A stretch of 63,332 bases of DNA, the filler included, from Octopus bimaculoides (taxonomy: Eukaryota), in assembly GCF_001194135.2 (NCBI RefSeq). It is 5 parts of 4 records of this genome, joined end to end, with 100 filler letters (N's around TTAATTAATTAA, not from the genome) between each part and the next. Parts side by side here need not be neighbours in the genome. Positions count along the whole stretch, not along the records: positions 1 to 18,714 come from NC_068981.1; positions 18,815 to 37,289 come from NC_068991.1; 3 more parts are not named here. One strand, given 5' to 3'. The position numbers were made by a program, and so were the translations under genes. Shown here piece after piece: positions 11,223 to 23,289 of the stretch. How positions within the stretch are numbered: the stretch's first letter is position 1; the number at the start of each line of letters is the position of its first letter. A model generated the notes under the pieces. It was given only the letters and a program-made list of their open reading frames with translations. It had not been told where the DNA came from and made no database searches.

Positions 11223-12379
11223 TATATTTAAAAGTCCCATATCTATGTATGCTGAAAAGTCCTATATCTACGTATATATATTTAAAGATTCCATAGCATT
11301 TAATTGTATTTTAGTAAATCTTTTCATCTTCGTAATGATGTTTGTCTTCTTTCACTAAATGTTTTTCCTTTTGTAATGTTTCCATTTGGAAACTGTGATT
11401 TCCAGTATGTCGGAAAGAGAAGAGGCTTCCGATTAGCTAAAATTTCAAATTTTAATGGGTCCTAACTTTTTCTTAATTAATTTTCAGAAAAAATTTATGT
11501 GATTTTCGTCATCAAAAAGCAAAATTACATCCGCGCTCAACATCCCTGTGTTTGCTGCCAAGCGTAACAACCATCGCATATGTTAATATTTGTTCCTAAC
11601 AGAGATACCTGTCTGTTGGCAAAGAAGGAAACTTCCGATTAGCTATAATATCAAATTTTAGCTAATCGGAAGGGCATGAAACATTTTAATGATCGATTTC
11701 CAGAGAAAATTAATGTGATTTTCCCCATCAATATGCAAAATTACATCAGTGTTTAACATCTGAAAAATCTCTGACAGTAAGAAGGATTTTAAAAAGTTCC
11801 TGTGTTGGTTGTCAAACGTTTTCTTCTGAAAATGATCTTTACTTACAGCTATTACATAATCAATATTTGCTTCTAACGGAGGTACAAGATAAAAAATATT
11901 TGTGGGTAGAGGTTATTCAATTAAATCGACAAAACAGTGCGATGTATTTAATGTTTAGACAAAGGTTTCCGATTTTCATTTAATGTCGGATCACTTCACT
12001 CACACAATTTATTTAAAAGACACACACGCTACGACCTACCCACTCATCCACATCACCTTTCCAATATAAAGAACAGTAAATTGTTGCATAATCGATTCAT
12101 CTCGAATTATATTTCTGTTAAGTGATCAGCGTTAGGAAGGGCATTCGACCGTAAAAACCATGCCAAAAGCTAACACTTGAGTTCATCGCAGTTCTGCGGC
12201 TCATCGAGTCCTGTCAAACCGTTCAGCCCATGCCAGCATGGAAAATCGACGTTAAATGAGATGATGAAACAGATTTGTTTCTTGCGTTTGACTGACACCT
12301 TCGTTTTATTGGAACCCCGCTCCAGTTCTCAGGAATGACTGGCAAAATTGACCTCAGCAGGATTCGAACTCAGAACATA

Positions 12380-12760
12380 AAGTGGCTGAACAAATCTTGC
12401 CTGTACTGCGATATAATACATACACACCTTGGTTACAGTTTTTGAAGGCATCAGTAAGAACAATAGAAAAGAGTTAACTACCCGGTGTTTTCTGCAGAGT
12501 GCGTTCTGTATTAGCTTTGGCTTGCCTAAACTCCTCGCTTACTTGTCTCCTCTGTGCCTCTCGGTTTTGTGTATAGCTCTTGGTGGTAAGAATCGCACTT
12601 ATTGTTTGGTCATTTTCATCAAATTAATACTGTGATTTGGAGAAAACTGCAGCACCTGGAAGTTAACTATTTTCCATTGTTCTTACTGATGCCTTCAAGA
12701 ACTGTAACAAAGGCGTGTATGTATTATATCGCAGCACAGGTAAGATTTGTTCAGGCACTT
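12380..12760. repeat. Long inverted repeat (about 110-bp arms, about 160-bp spacer)
   Basis: 12380-12490 matches the reverse complement of 12650-12760 with scattered mismatches. Confidence 0.9.
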
Positions 12761-13019
12761 ACATACATACACACATACATACATACACACATACATACAT
12801 ACATACATACATACATGCATGCATGCATGCATGCATACATACATACATACATACATACGTACATACATGTGTGTGTATGTGTGTGCGCGTATTTAGCAAA
12901 TAGCATCGGAATTTCTGTTCAACTCTAAGGAAGCATCTACAAATGTCAAATTTGTGATAAACATTAAGACTTAATGTATCTACAGTGATCCTATATCAAC
13001 TGCTGACATTTTAGCTTAC

Positions 13020-13068
13020 CTTCGTCGTGTGTATTATTTTGGAAACATAAGGAAATTAGTTCCTTTGA
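13020..13068 (-). CDS. Candidate 49-nt exon (SKELISLCFQNNTHDE-G), phase 0 to 1
   Basis: Acceptor CTCCTCATACTATTAG and strong donor AAG|GTAAGC at 13019. Splices in frame to the 10000 acceptor, recreating Gly. Confidence 0.35.
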
Positions 13069-13160
13069 CTAATAGTATGAGGAGCTAATTTCTCTATAAA
13101 ACTACTATAAATTTAATCTCTTTTATTTTCTTACTTGATAGCATTCAATCGGCACAGGCA

Positions 13161-13212
<52 letters not shown>

Positions 13213-14402
13213 CGTCCCTCTTAACCTCTGATTATTTCTCCTGGCAGCAAATGTGTGTCAATAGTTATTTTGGTCGCATTTCGCTCTCTTTTCAAAGAAG
13301 TTGACTTTTACCTTGGTAGGAAATTTGCGCATGCTTAACTAACTTAATGAGGCCCATTCATCTGTTTGCTCACATTTAACTTTCCAAGGCAAATTACCTT
13401 GACACAAGCTCAAAAATATTCACCTGCATCTTCCATAACATTTTTACTACAAAATTATCCATCTAATTGAGTTGTTGATGTACATTTTCCCAAACACATT
13501 TATGTGAATTATTTCAAATTAATATCTAGAATATTCCACATTTGAATTCTATATATAACCAACATTCTCCAACCAAGTACTGTGGAATTACATTTTTTTT
13601 TCTGTTGGTGAGTAGGAAAAAATAGAAAAATTGTAGACAAGCAATTTTCGTTGCTATAATTATGAATACAATCTTTAAAATTTCCTATATAACAATGATA
13701 GTTGTAACACGCTTTCCAGTTTAAAACCTTCACGACAGAATTCAATAGAAATGTGGTTAGAGCCACGTGAGAGGACATGTTCTAAACGAACCAATAAGAG
13801 AGCCTTTACTTGGTCACCCGACTTGCTAGTAATAGCAATTAAATTCAGAGAAATCAAACTCTACTGTCTTGAAAAGAATACATTGGCTAATATAATCCAG
13901 AATACACGATAGTTGAAAAGAAAACATGATGGCCAGGATAGTCACGGCTGGAATGTCTTAATAATAGGTCTTTTCACTAAGGGTTATTGGTACTCTGTCG
14001 ATTACGACGTTGAGTGTTCTAGTTGGCTCGATCAACGGAACTGCCCTCTCGTGAAATTACCGTGCAAGTGGCTGAGCACTCCACAGACACGTGCACCCTT
14101 AACGTAGTTCTCAAGGAAATTCAGTGTGACACACACTGTGACAAGACTGGCCCCTTTGAGTTGCAGGTACAACTCATTTTTGCCTGCTGGGTGGATAGAA
14201 GCAACGTGAAATAAAGTGTCATTCTCAAGGACAACGCACCGCCGAAAATCGAACTCATGATCGTATGATTGTGAGCCGAATACCATAACGACTAAGCCAC
14301 GCGCCTTCACAGCTAAAGGTTGACCGAGTGCTAAATAACAACAACAACATCTAGTACATTATTTACATTCGACAGATATTTGTCCTCATCTTGTTTGTTG
14401 TT

Positions 14403-14448
14403 AACACAACGTTTCGGCTGATATACCTTCCAGCCTTCATCAGGTGTC
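14403..14448 (-). ncRNA. Minimal (Penelope-type) hammerhead ribozyme motif, intact
   Basis: GACAC-CUGAUGA-A-GGCUG(GAAGGUAUAU)CAGCC-GAAAC-GUU/GUGUU: 5-bp stem I, 5-bp stem II, palindromic ACGU helix III. Confidence 0.75.
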
Positions 14449-14514
14449 TTGGGGGAATTTTGAACGTGGGTTCTCATTCCTAAGATATTTCTCGATGTTA
14501 TTATTATTAGTATT

Positions 14515-14895
14515 GTGGAGGCGCAATGGCCCAGTGGTTAGGGCAGCAGGATCGCGGTTTCGATTCCCAGACCGGGTGCTGTGAGTGTTTATTGAGCGAA
14601 AACACCTAAAGCTCCACGAGGCTCCGGCAGGGGATGGTGGCGAACCCTGCTGTACTCTTTCACCACAACTCTCTCTCACTCTTTCTTCCTGTTTCTGTTG
14701 TGCCTGTAATTCAAAGGGCCAGCCTTGTCACACTCAGTGTCACGCTGAATTTCCCCGAGAACTACGTTAAGGGTACACGTTTCTGTGGAGTGCTCAGCCA
14801 CTTGCACGTTAATTTCACGAGCAGGCTGTTCCGTTGATCGGATCAACTGGAACCCTCGACGTCGTAAGCGACGGAGTGCCAACAACAACAAGAAC
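14515..14895 (+). mobile_element. SINE-B full-length copy
   Basis: GTGGAGGCGCAATGGCCCAGTGG head, GTTTCGATTCC B-box-like motif, (AAC)n tail. 12-bp TSD ATTATTAGTATT 14503-14514/14896-14907. Confidence 0.9.
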
Positions 14896-15219
14896 ATTAT
14901 TAGTATTATTATTGTTATTATTATCCTTGAAGTCACTACTTGGAATCGAACTCGGAATCTTGGTGTTAGTAGCCCGCGCTCTTAACCACTACGCCATATG
15001 CCATCTAGTATTTGAATGCCTTTAGTGGAATCATCTTTATTGCAAAAATTCGGGAATAGATTTCTGGTTTTTCGCTCGCTGCATATTTATTCATCAGACA
15101 TTGATTTAAGTGTTCAAGTTGAGCATCAACCGATACATATTCTAGGGATGTTGGGGTTTCAAATCGCATAAGCACTTTCCTTTCTGAACGAATTTATGCA
15201 AAATATAAACCCCCCTCTA

Positions 15220-15658
15220 ATAAAGGCGCAAGGCCTGAAATTTTTTTTTTGGGGGGGGGGGATACGAGTCGATTACGTCGACCCCAGTACTCAACTGGTA
15301 CTTAATTTATCGACCCCGAAAGGACGAAAGGCAGAGTCGATCTCGGCGGAATTTGAACACAGAACATAGTGACAGACGAAATACGGAGAAGCATTTCGCC
15401 CCGCATTCTAGCGGTTCTGCCAGCTTGTCGCCAATAATAATAATAATCCTTTCTATTCTAGGCACAAGACCTGAAATTTGTGGGAAGGGGATAGTCGAAG
15501 ACATCGACCCAGTACTCTACTGGTACTTAATTTATCGACCCCGAAAGGATAAAAGGCGGAGTCCACCTCGGCGGAATTTGAACTCAAAATGTAGTGACAA
15601 ATGAAATATGAGTAAGCATTTCGCCCCGCGTTCTAACGGTTCTGCCAGCTCGCCACCG
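15220..15658 (-). mobile_element. SINE-A tandem dimer
   Basis: Two head-to-tail copies joined at (ATA)n-CCTTTCT. Confidence 0.85.
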
Positions 15659-15772
15659 TATTTATGCAAAATATAAATACATCTGTAAATTTGTTGTAAG
15701 TAACCCAAAATATTTTTAGTTTTAATTCATTGTTAACTTTCAGAATATATATATATTTTTAATTTAGTTTGG

Positions 15773-16475
15773 TTGTGTGGTTAAGATGCTCGCTTTGTAA
15801 TCACAGGGTTTCAGGTTCAGTTCTACAGTGCGGCACTTTGGGTAAGCATCTTCTTCTATGGCTCCAGGACGACGAATGCCTTGTGAGTGAATTTAATAGA
15901 CGGAAACTGCATGGAAGCCCGTCGTATTTATTTTTGTATGTATGTCATTGTGTTTGTCACTCCACCTCCCTACTTGACGACGAGTGTTGGTCTGCTTACG
16001 TACCCACCGTATCTTAGCGGTTCAGCAAAATAATCGATAGAATAAGTACCAGACATTTTAAGAAAAAAGTATTGAGGACGATTTGTTCGTCTAAACCAGT
16101 GGTTCCCAAACATTTTGGGGCTGCCGCCCCCTAGACACCCGGGCCACATTCTTACCGTCTCCACCCCAACTAACCATCACAAGTATAGACTCCTTTCGGA
16201 AGCAAATTCAAAGCAACTGTATTTAGCAAATAAAACTTAACCTAACGAACCCATTATGTTGTTGTGGTTCCACTATTTGCTACCCAACTATCGCTCTACT
16301 TCTTATATGAATTACTGCTCCATTAACGCCCTACTTTTCTTCAATGCCCCCTTGGAACTTTCCACTGCTCCCGGGGGGGGGGGGGAATACTGCCCACTTT
16401 GAAAACCACTGGTCTAAACCTTCCAAGGTCGTATCCCAGCTTGGCCGCAGTCCAATGACTTAAAGAAGTAAAAGA
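15773..16475 (+). mobile_element. SINE-C (CORE-like, central microsatellite) split by a hAT MITE
   Basis: TGTGTGGTTAAGATGCT...GGCACTTTGGGTAAG...GAATAAGTACC. Other copies or halves at 31341-31470, 36665-36860, 38440-38625, 56275-56460(-), 56960-57355 and 62815-62960. Confidence 0.75.
16097..16411. mobile_element. hAT (Charlie-like) MITE
   Basis: CAGTGGTTCCCAAA...TTTGAAAACCACTG. Perfect 8-bp TSD GTCTAAAC 16089-16096/16412-16419. Confidence 0.9.
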
Positions 16476-16494
16476 TATACGACAAGTTTCAATT

Positions 16495-16927
16495 AATCTT
16501 TTCTACCCTAGGCACAAGGCCAGAAATATTTTGGGGAGGGGGCCAGTCGATTAGATCAACCTCAGTACACAACTGGTACTTAATTTATCGACCCCGAAAG
16601 GATGAAAGGCAAAGTCGACCTCGGCGGAATTTGAACTCAGAACGTAAAGACAGACGAAATACAGTTAAGCATTTCGCCCGGCGTGCTAACGTTTCTTATT
16701 TCTTTATTGCCCACAAGGGGCTAAACATAGAGGGGACAAACAAAGACAGGCAAAGGGATTAAGTCGATTACACTGACCTCAGTGCGTAACTGGTACTCAA
16801 TTTATCGACCCTGAAAGGATGAAAGGTAAAGTCGACCTCGGCGGAATTTGATTCAGAACATAAAGGCAGGCGAAATACCGCTAAGGATTTCGCCCGGCGT
16901 GCTAACGATTCTGCCAGCTCACCGCCA
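16495..16927 (-). mobile_element. SINE-A plus SINE-A tail variant, tandem
   Basis: Two consecutive family copies, both retaining their CpGs. Confidence 0.85.
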
Positions 16928-17334
16928 AGACAAGTTTCAATTATTGTCCACTTTAGACGGAATTGTATAACACTGAGAATTACGGGTTTTTATTTCCTCC
17001 GAGAAGTTGTTTCTTGTTACTGAAGACCAGTAAGAACTGGTCGTTTTCACAGAAGGAAAGCAAATATTTGCATCGGATCAGGCATTGCAAAGTAATCGAG
17101 AAAGACATCCAATAACTGAAGGAATCGTGTAAAGGATCGATAATTATTTTCAAGAGTGGATAGGGTAGTTAATAAACGATAGGACATATAGATAACATCT
17201 GAGAAGCACGAAGCAGCAAATTGCCCGAAGTATCATTCGTGTTTAAATTCACTGATTCAAGCGTGTATCGATTTTGAAGAAACTGTTGTGAACACGAGTG
17301 CGTTGTATTGCACAGAAAAATTTACTGCCAGCAT

Positions 17335-17371
<37 letters not shown>

Positions 17372-17439
17372 CACGTTAAACAAAATGTGAAAGTCATACT
17401 TTATGCTTCAGTATTGCGTTTTTATTTAGTGGAATAGTA

Positions 17440-18480
<1,041 letters not shown>

Positions 18481-18714
18481 GTGTAAGGCGGTGAGCTGGC
18501 AGAAACGTTAGCACGCCGGACGGAATGCTTAGCGGTATTTCGTCTGTGTGACACCGGTTGAAATGCTTAGCGGTGTAGCGTCTCCGTGAGATTGGATTGT
18601 TACTAGTTATTTGAGTGCGTCTGTACAGTAAGTGCAAGTTTCCATTGACTGTTTTTGTGTGTTCTTGTCATAACTATTGTGTGATAGTCTTCGTTTGAAA
18701 ACTATCGTGTGTCT

Positions 18715-18814
18715 NNNNNNNNNNNNNNNNNNNNNNNNNNNNNNNNNNNNNNNNNNNNTTAATTAATTAANNNNNNNNNNNNNNNNNNNNNNNNNNNNNN
18801 NNNNNNNNNNNNNN
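18715..18814. other. Assembly gap placeholder (44N-TTAATTAATTAA-44N)
   Basis: Identical 100-bp pattern at 37290-37389, 50951-51050 and 55591-55690. Plain N gaps at 26378-26610, 30424-31340, 35562-36183, 38796-38805, 47851-48462 and 49415-49539. Confidence 0.95.
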
Positions 18815-19224
18815 CACCACCGACAACTAACAACAACAACAGCTACAACCAGAACCTACGGGAGTACAGAAATAGATTGGCCAGTGGAGAGAATGTGACA
18901 TGTTGCATCTGTCACACTGCGCTATGTATGATTCATCACTCATGACAGTGTGCAGTAACTGCAGGAATATAAGTATAGACAAGACAATGGAATGAGTGCA
19001 ATATGTGCAGATTGTTACACAGCACCCCATATCATTAATCACTGCGTATTGCAGTGTGCAGTGAATGCTGAAGTGCAGAGAAATTGACTGGGCAGTTGAG
19101 AGAGTGCAACAAGTCTAAACTAACACCGTGCACCCCATATTGTTATTAAAAAAAGCCCCAGAATAAAAGTGTTTCCCAAGCTATGGGTCTATTAGGCTGG
19201 TTTCCCAGATTCTGTGGTGTATAT

Positions 19225-19440
19225 CCTTTTCTACTCTAGGCATAAGGCACAACATTTTGGGGGAGGAGGCCAGTCAATTAGATCGACCCCAGTACGCAAC
19301 TGGTACTTAATTTATTGACCCTGAAAGGATGAAAGGCAAAGTCAACCTCGGTGGAATTTGAACTCAGAACGTAAAGACAGATGAAATACTGCTAAGAATT
19401 TTGCCCGGAGTGCTAATATCTCTACCAGCTCACTGCCCTT
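19225..19440 (-). mobile_element. SINE-A copy, CpG-decayed
   Basis: Family match with CG>TG/CA changes. Similarly decayed copies at 20450-20690 and 25985-26150. Confidence 0.8.
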
Positions 19441-21176
19441 CTGTGGTGTATCACCAGTAACCACACTACCCTCCACCATCGCTACACCCTCTGGCACCAT
19501 CACCACCACCACCACCACCACCACACTACCAAGGACAACATAAACAGGGTCACTTCCAACACTGCTACCACAACAACAATTATAACACAGAGATTCCCCT
19601 GTCCTTACACATCATCATCACTGTTTAACACCTTCCTTCCATGCTGGCATGGGTTGGATGGTTTGACAGGAGCTGGCCAAGCAGAAGACTGCACCATACT
19701 TCTGTGTCTGTATGGGCATGTTTTTACAGTTGGATGCCCTTCCTAACACCAACAAACCTGCTGCCAAAAAAGAAAGAAAGGAAACAAAACAAAACACTGC
19801 ATCCCAAAGCTCTCTGTCTAGTAGTCACAGTGTGTTGAATTTATAGTGGTTGATAGGCTCAGTAGGAAATACACCAAAAGATGAAATCGTTGCTGGAGCC
19901 TATTCCACATAAAGTCGTCAGTGGTCAGATTTTGTTGATCATGTAGGCAATATTCTAGTGAATTGCAGCATTGGGTGATTGCTAAATATTCCCGCTACAC
20001 AAATATTAATAGAGATTATAGCAGGGTCACAAGGCCATACATTTTGATCAGAAAATATCAGTTGATTAGAGTGACTACAGTTGCTGGTTGGTATGTATTT
20101 TACTGCCTCCCATCCCCACCAATCAGAATGGAAAAAAATACAAAGAACCTCAGTGAGATTTGCACTCAGAATATAAAGGGACATAACTTAATACAGCAAA
20201 ATATCTTTTACTATCTACTAACCTCATGAGTTTTTTCCTCTTAGTATTTATTCTGGTTCAATGTAGGTCCTGTTTATTTTAGTATTAATATGACTGATAT
20301 ATCGTTCCGTCTGATATGAGTAACTAGGGGAGGGCTACTACTATTAACTGGGTTTCAAAGTCCATGATTCCTAACACAAGGAGGCTGGTGAACTGGAATT
20401 TGAACACTGAATGCAAAGAGCCAGAACAGGTGCTGCAAGGTATCATGTCTGATACTCCAAGGATTCTGCCAATCCACTGCCATCAGTTTCAAATTTTGTT
20501 GCAAGGTCAGCAGTTTCTGATAAGTTTAGTCAATTACATTGACTTCAGTACACAACTGGTATGTATTTTATCGACCACGAAAGGATGAAAGGCAAAGTTG
20601 ACTTCAGCAGAATTTGAACTCGGAATGTAAAGGTGAATGGAATGCTGCTTAGCATTTTACCTGATGTGCTAACAATCCTGCCAACTTGCTGCGTTGCGTT
20701 GGACATAGGAATGACTATAAGTGGATGGGGGGAGCAAAACAAATATAGGTAGACTGCATTGAGAGTAATAGCAGATAGGAGAAGGTGTTAAAGATGAAGT
20801 ACGACAATCCTAAGATGTAGCTCAGAGGGGAGAGAGAGATGTCTAGGGGCTTAGAAAGTGGTGAACAGTGAAAAATAAAGTGGGAAAGGACGATATTGAA
20901 AATGAGGGATGGATTTCAAAAGAAGTGATTCTAAGGAGAAGGGGAGATGATTTGTAGCACAAAAAAGAAATATCTGCAAATTCTGCTGCCATATGATTAC
21001 AGTAGCTGAATATTGCTATTGTTAGTAGAATGATGGAGGGATAAGTGTTTGGCAGGTGAGGGGTGGAGAAAGCTTGATAGGGACTGATTTGATGCAGGGG
21101 TAGGGACCAATGAGTGTATAGGCATAAACCTTATGGTTTTAGAACCTCATTTTCACTGTGACAGATGACTCTTATC

Positions 21177-21328
21177 CACTAGTGTAGCTAGGGTGTGTGC
21201 TGCCCAGGGTGGTTCATCCGTTTACCACCCCCAGACCCCACAAAAAAAATACATATTGCCTACAGCAGACCCAAAGTGCTGCCTGGGGCGGACCGCCCCT
21301 ACAGCCCCACCCACTAGCTACACTAGTG
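21177..21328. mobile_element. hAT-like MITE
   Basis: Perfect TIR CACTAGTGTAGCTAG/CTAGCTACACTAGTG. 8-bp TSD CTCTTATC/GTCTTATC (7/8). Confidence 0.7.
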
Positions 21329-21535
21329 GTCTTATCAAATACAACCAAACATCTTAGTCTTTTGAGGCCTTCACTGTGAGGCTGAATATCTTGAAATCAT
21401 CTTGGGCATTCCATATGAAATTTCTACCTGCATCTTTCATTAAGTATTGAGCAGGGCTATTTTCCAGAAGGGAGTAAAAATCTTGTCTGTTTTCTTGCTT
21501 ACTAGAACTTTTGATTTCTCCAAAGTTAACTTTAA

Positions 21536-21729
21536 CCCTGTAACATTCAGATTATTTTGTCAAATGTAATGCCTGTTTATTCACATTGTTTTGAATTAAT
21601 CATGCATTATCTTTTATAGCTTTGAGATTTTCATGATCTGGTAGCTTATTTTTAGACAGACATTGCAACGTAGGTAGGAGAGGCTGGATCTGACTTGTTT
21701 GAACATAAAACAGGCTGAATGCTAGAGGG
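21536..21729. mobile_element. piggyBac-like MITE (second family)
   Basis: TTAA|CCCTGTAACATTCAG...CTGAATGCTAGAGGG|TTAA. A degraded relative lies at about 59535-59731. Confidence 0.75.
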
Positions 21730-22497
21730 TTAAGGCCCTTAGATTCCAGGTTTTGTTTCTACACCAGGAATTTTTTTTCCATATTCCACAACAGATTCTA
21801 TTATAAGAGCAAGGCCATCAGTATATCAGGATTAGGGACCAAAAGAAACAGGTCTTAAATTCCTCTTTTGTGGCCTAGCGGACTATGATGAATAGACGGG
21901 GACCGAGAACAGAGATCAGGTGAACTCCTAACTGTATTCTAAATTCTCTGCTCTACTCATAACTAATTCTCATCTTACGGAGAATATTCTACCCTGTACA
22001 TAACTTGGATGGTTCTCACAAGTAACTCTTAAACCCCTTAATTCCTCAGAGACGCACTAGAATCACAGAACAAGAGACTGCAGGCTTTCTCCAGGCTGAT
22101 GAAAACCTAGTTCACTTTTACAAAATACTTCTGCAGTTGACATACTCGAAACAGAGCATCAATAGTACTCGACCCTGGCACAAAATCAAACTGCATAAGA
22201 TGCAGTTTATCTATCACCCCATTTCCGCGCGCGCACACACACACACACACGCACGCACGCGCATATATACACACATATACATAAACTTAATAAATATATA
22301 TGTACATATGTATAGAAATACATATACACACACGTGTGTGTGTATCTCTCTATCTATCTATCTATCTATCTCTCTCTCTCTATATATATATATATACACA
22401 CGCATACATCCATTAACTGTAATACATATCTACTCACATATATGCATATAAACACACACACATATATATGTATCATATATATATATATGTATGTATC

Positions 22498-22537
<40 letters not shown>

Positions 22538-22851
22538 TGAGAGAAAGCGAGAGATAAAACATCATATCGTATCCCCACACATGTGCATATATATATACGT
22601 ATGTGATATCTATGCCGATACATCTCGAACAAGTGAACAACATATGCTTTATCACACACGCGCGTCTCACACCAATACACATACACACGTCTGTCACATG
22701 AACGAACCCTTCCTCGCCCTCTTCCTCCAACCTATTTATTTACATCCTCTCTTCCCCCCTCTCTTTCTCTCTCTCTGTTTATTTTCCTCTCTCTCTCTCT
22801 TACTGTTTCTTAACTACGACCACTACCCGACTTTCCGTTTCCTCTTTTCTC

Positions 22852-22912
22852 ATTGGTCCAGCGTGGTCATATGACCTATTAAAGGTCCCGTCAGTCGTCC
22901 GTTTCTTCAGTC
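22852..22912 (+). promoter_or_regulatory. Candidate Pol II core promoter
   Basis: Reverse CCAAT (ATTGG, about 22852), palindrome GGTCATATGACC 22865-22876, TATTAAA 22877-22883, and Inr TCAGTC with +1 A at 22909 (TATA at -32). CpG-rich context. Confidence 0.45.
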
Positions 22913-23096
22913 GATGTCGGGTTTGCTGCTCTGCATTTCAAATATGGTTTTGTCTGCCTAGGAATCCCCCCTTTATATTTTAATATTTTCTTTTTTTTTT
23001 TTTTCAAATTGTGTATACATTTTTTTTTTGGGGGGGTAGACAGTAAAGAGACACTTGCACGTTCTTGTTCGGAATTATCAGTTTTCTTTTAAAAGG

Positions 23097-23202
23097 ATGT
23101 CTGCACTTACATACAGAATTACCAGACTGAGCTCAAGGAAGCAGAAGAGGACCAGTCGGACTGTTAAAGCGCAGACTTCTTCGAAACGCAAAAGCTGTTC
23201 GG
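23097..23202 (+). CDS. Candidate first coding or uORF exon (MSALTYRITRLSSRKQKRTSRTVKAQTSSKRKSCS-)
   Basis: ATG 23097, open to the donor CGG|GTGAGT at 23203. No recognised homology. Confidence 0.3.
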
Positions 23203-23289
23203 GTGAGTAAAAGCCAAATATGTTGTTGTTGTTTATATTCCCTCCACGTGAACCCTCGTTGTGAAAGCAGTCTTGTGGCGAAAGGCATT

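Larger units (their letters stand above)
14357..15001 (-). mobile_element. SINE-H copy 2 (tRNA head + (AAT)n + Penelope-type tail), interrupted by SINE-B
   Basis: Head GGCATATGGCGTAGTGGTTAAGAGCG...GTTCGATTCC at 14930-15002(-). TSD CATCTAGTA 14348-14356/15002-15010. Confidence 0.85.

Noticed and set aside
12439-12585. Signal-peptide-like plus exon with a GTAAG donor
   Set aside because: There is no in-frame ATG, downstream frames stop, and the apparent splice signals partly lie in the inverted-repeat arms.
18759-18770. TTAATTAATTAA motif recurring four times
   Set aside because: It always sits centrally in a 100-bp N block, so it is an artificial scaffolding linker with stops in all six frames.
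18840-19100. Cys/His-rich segment resembling a LINE zinc knuckle
   Set aside because: It needs several frameshifts and has no supporting flanking domains.
20700-21110. Possible L2/CR1 endonuclease fragment on the minus strand (ITSFEI...)
   Set aside because: Only one short motif is present; too degenerate to support.
22095-22155. CTGATGA ... CGAAAC hammerhead-like pair
   Set aside because: The two motifs are about 45 nt apart with no stem II or stem I pairing.
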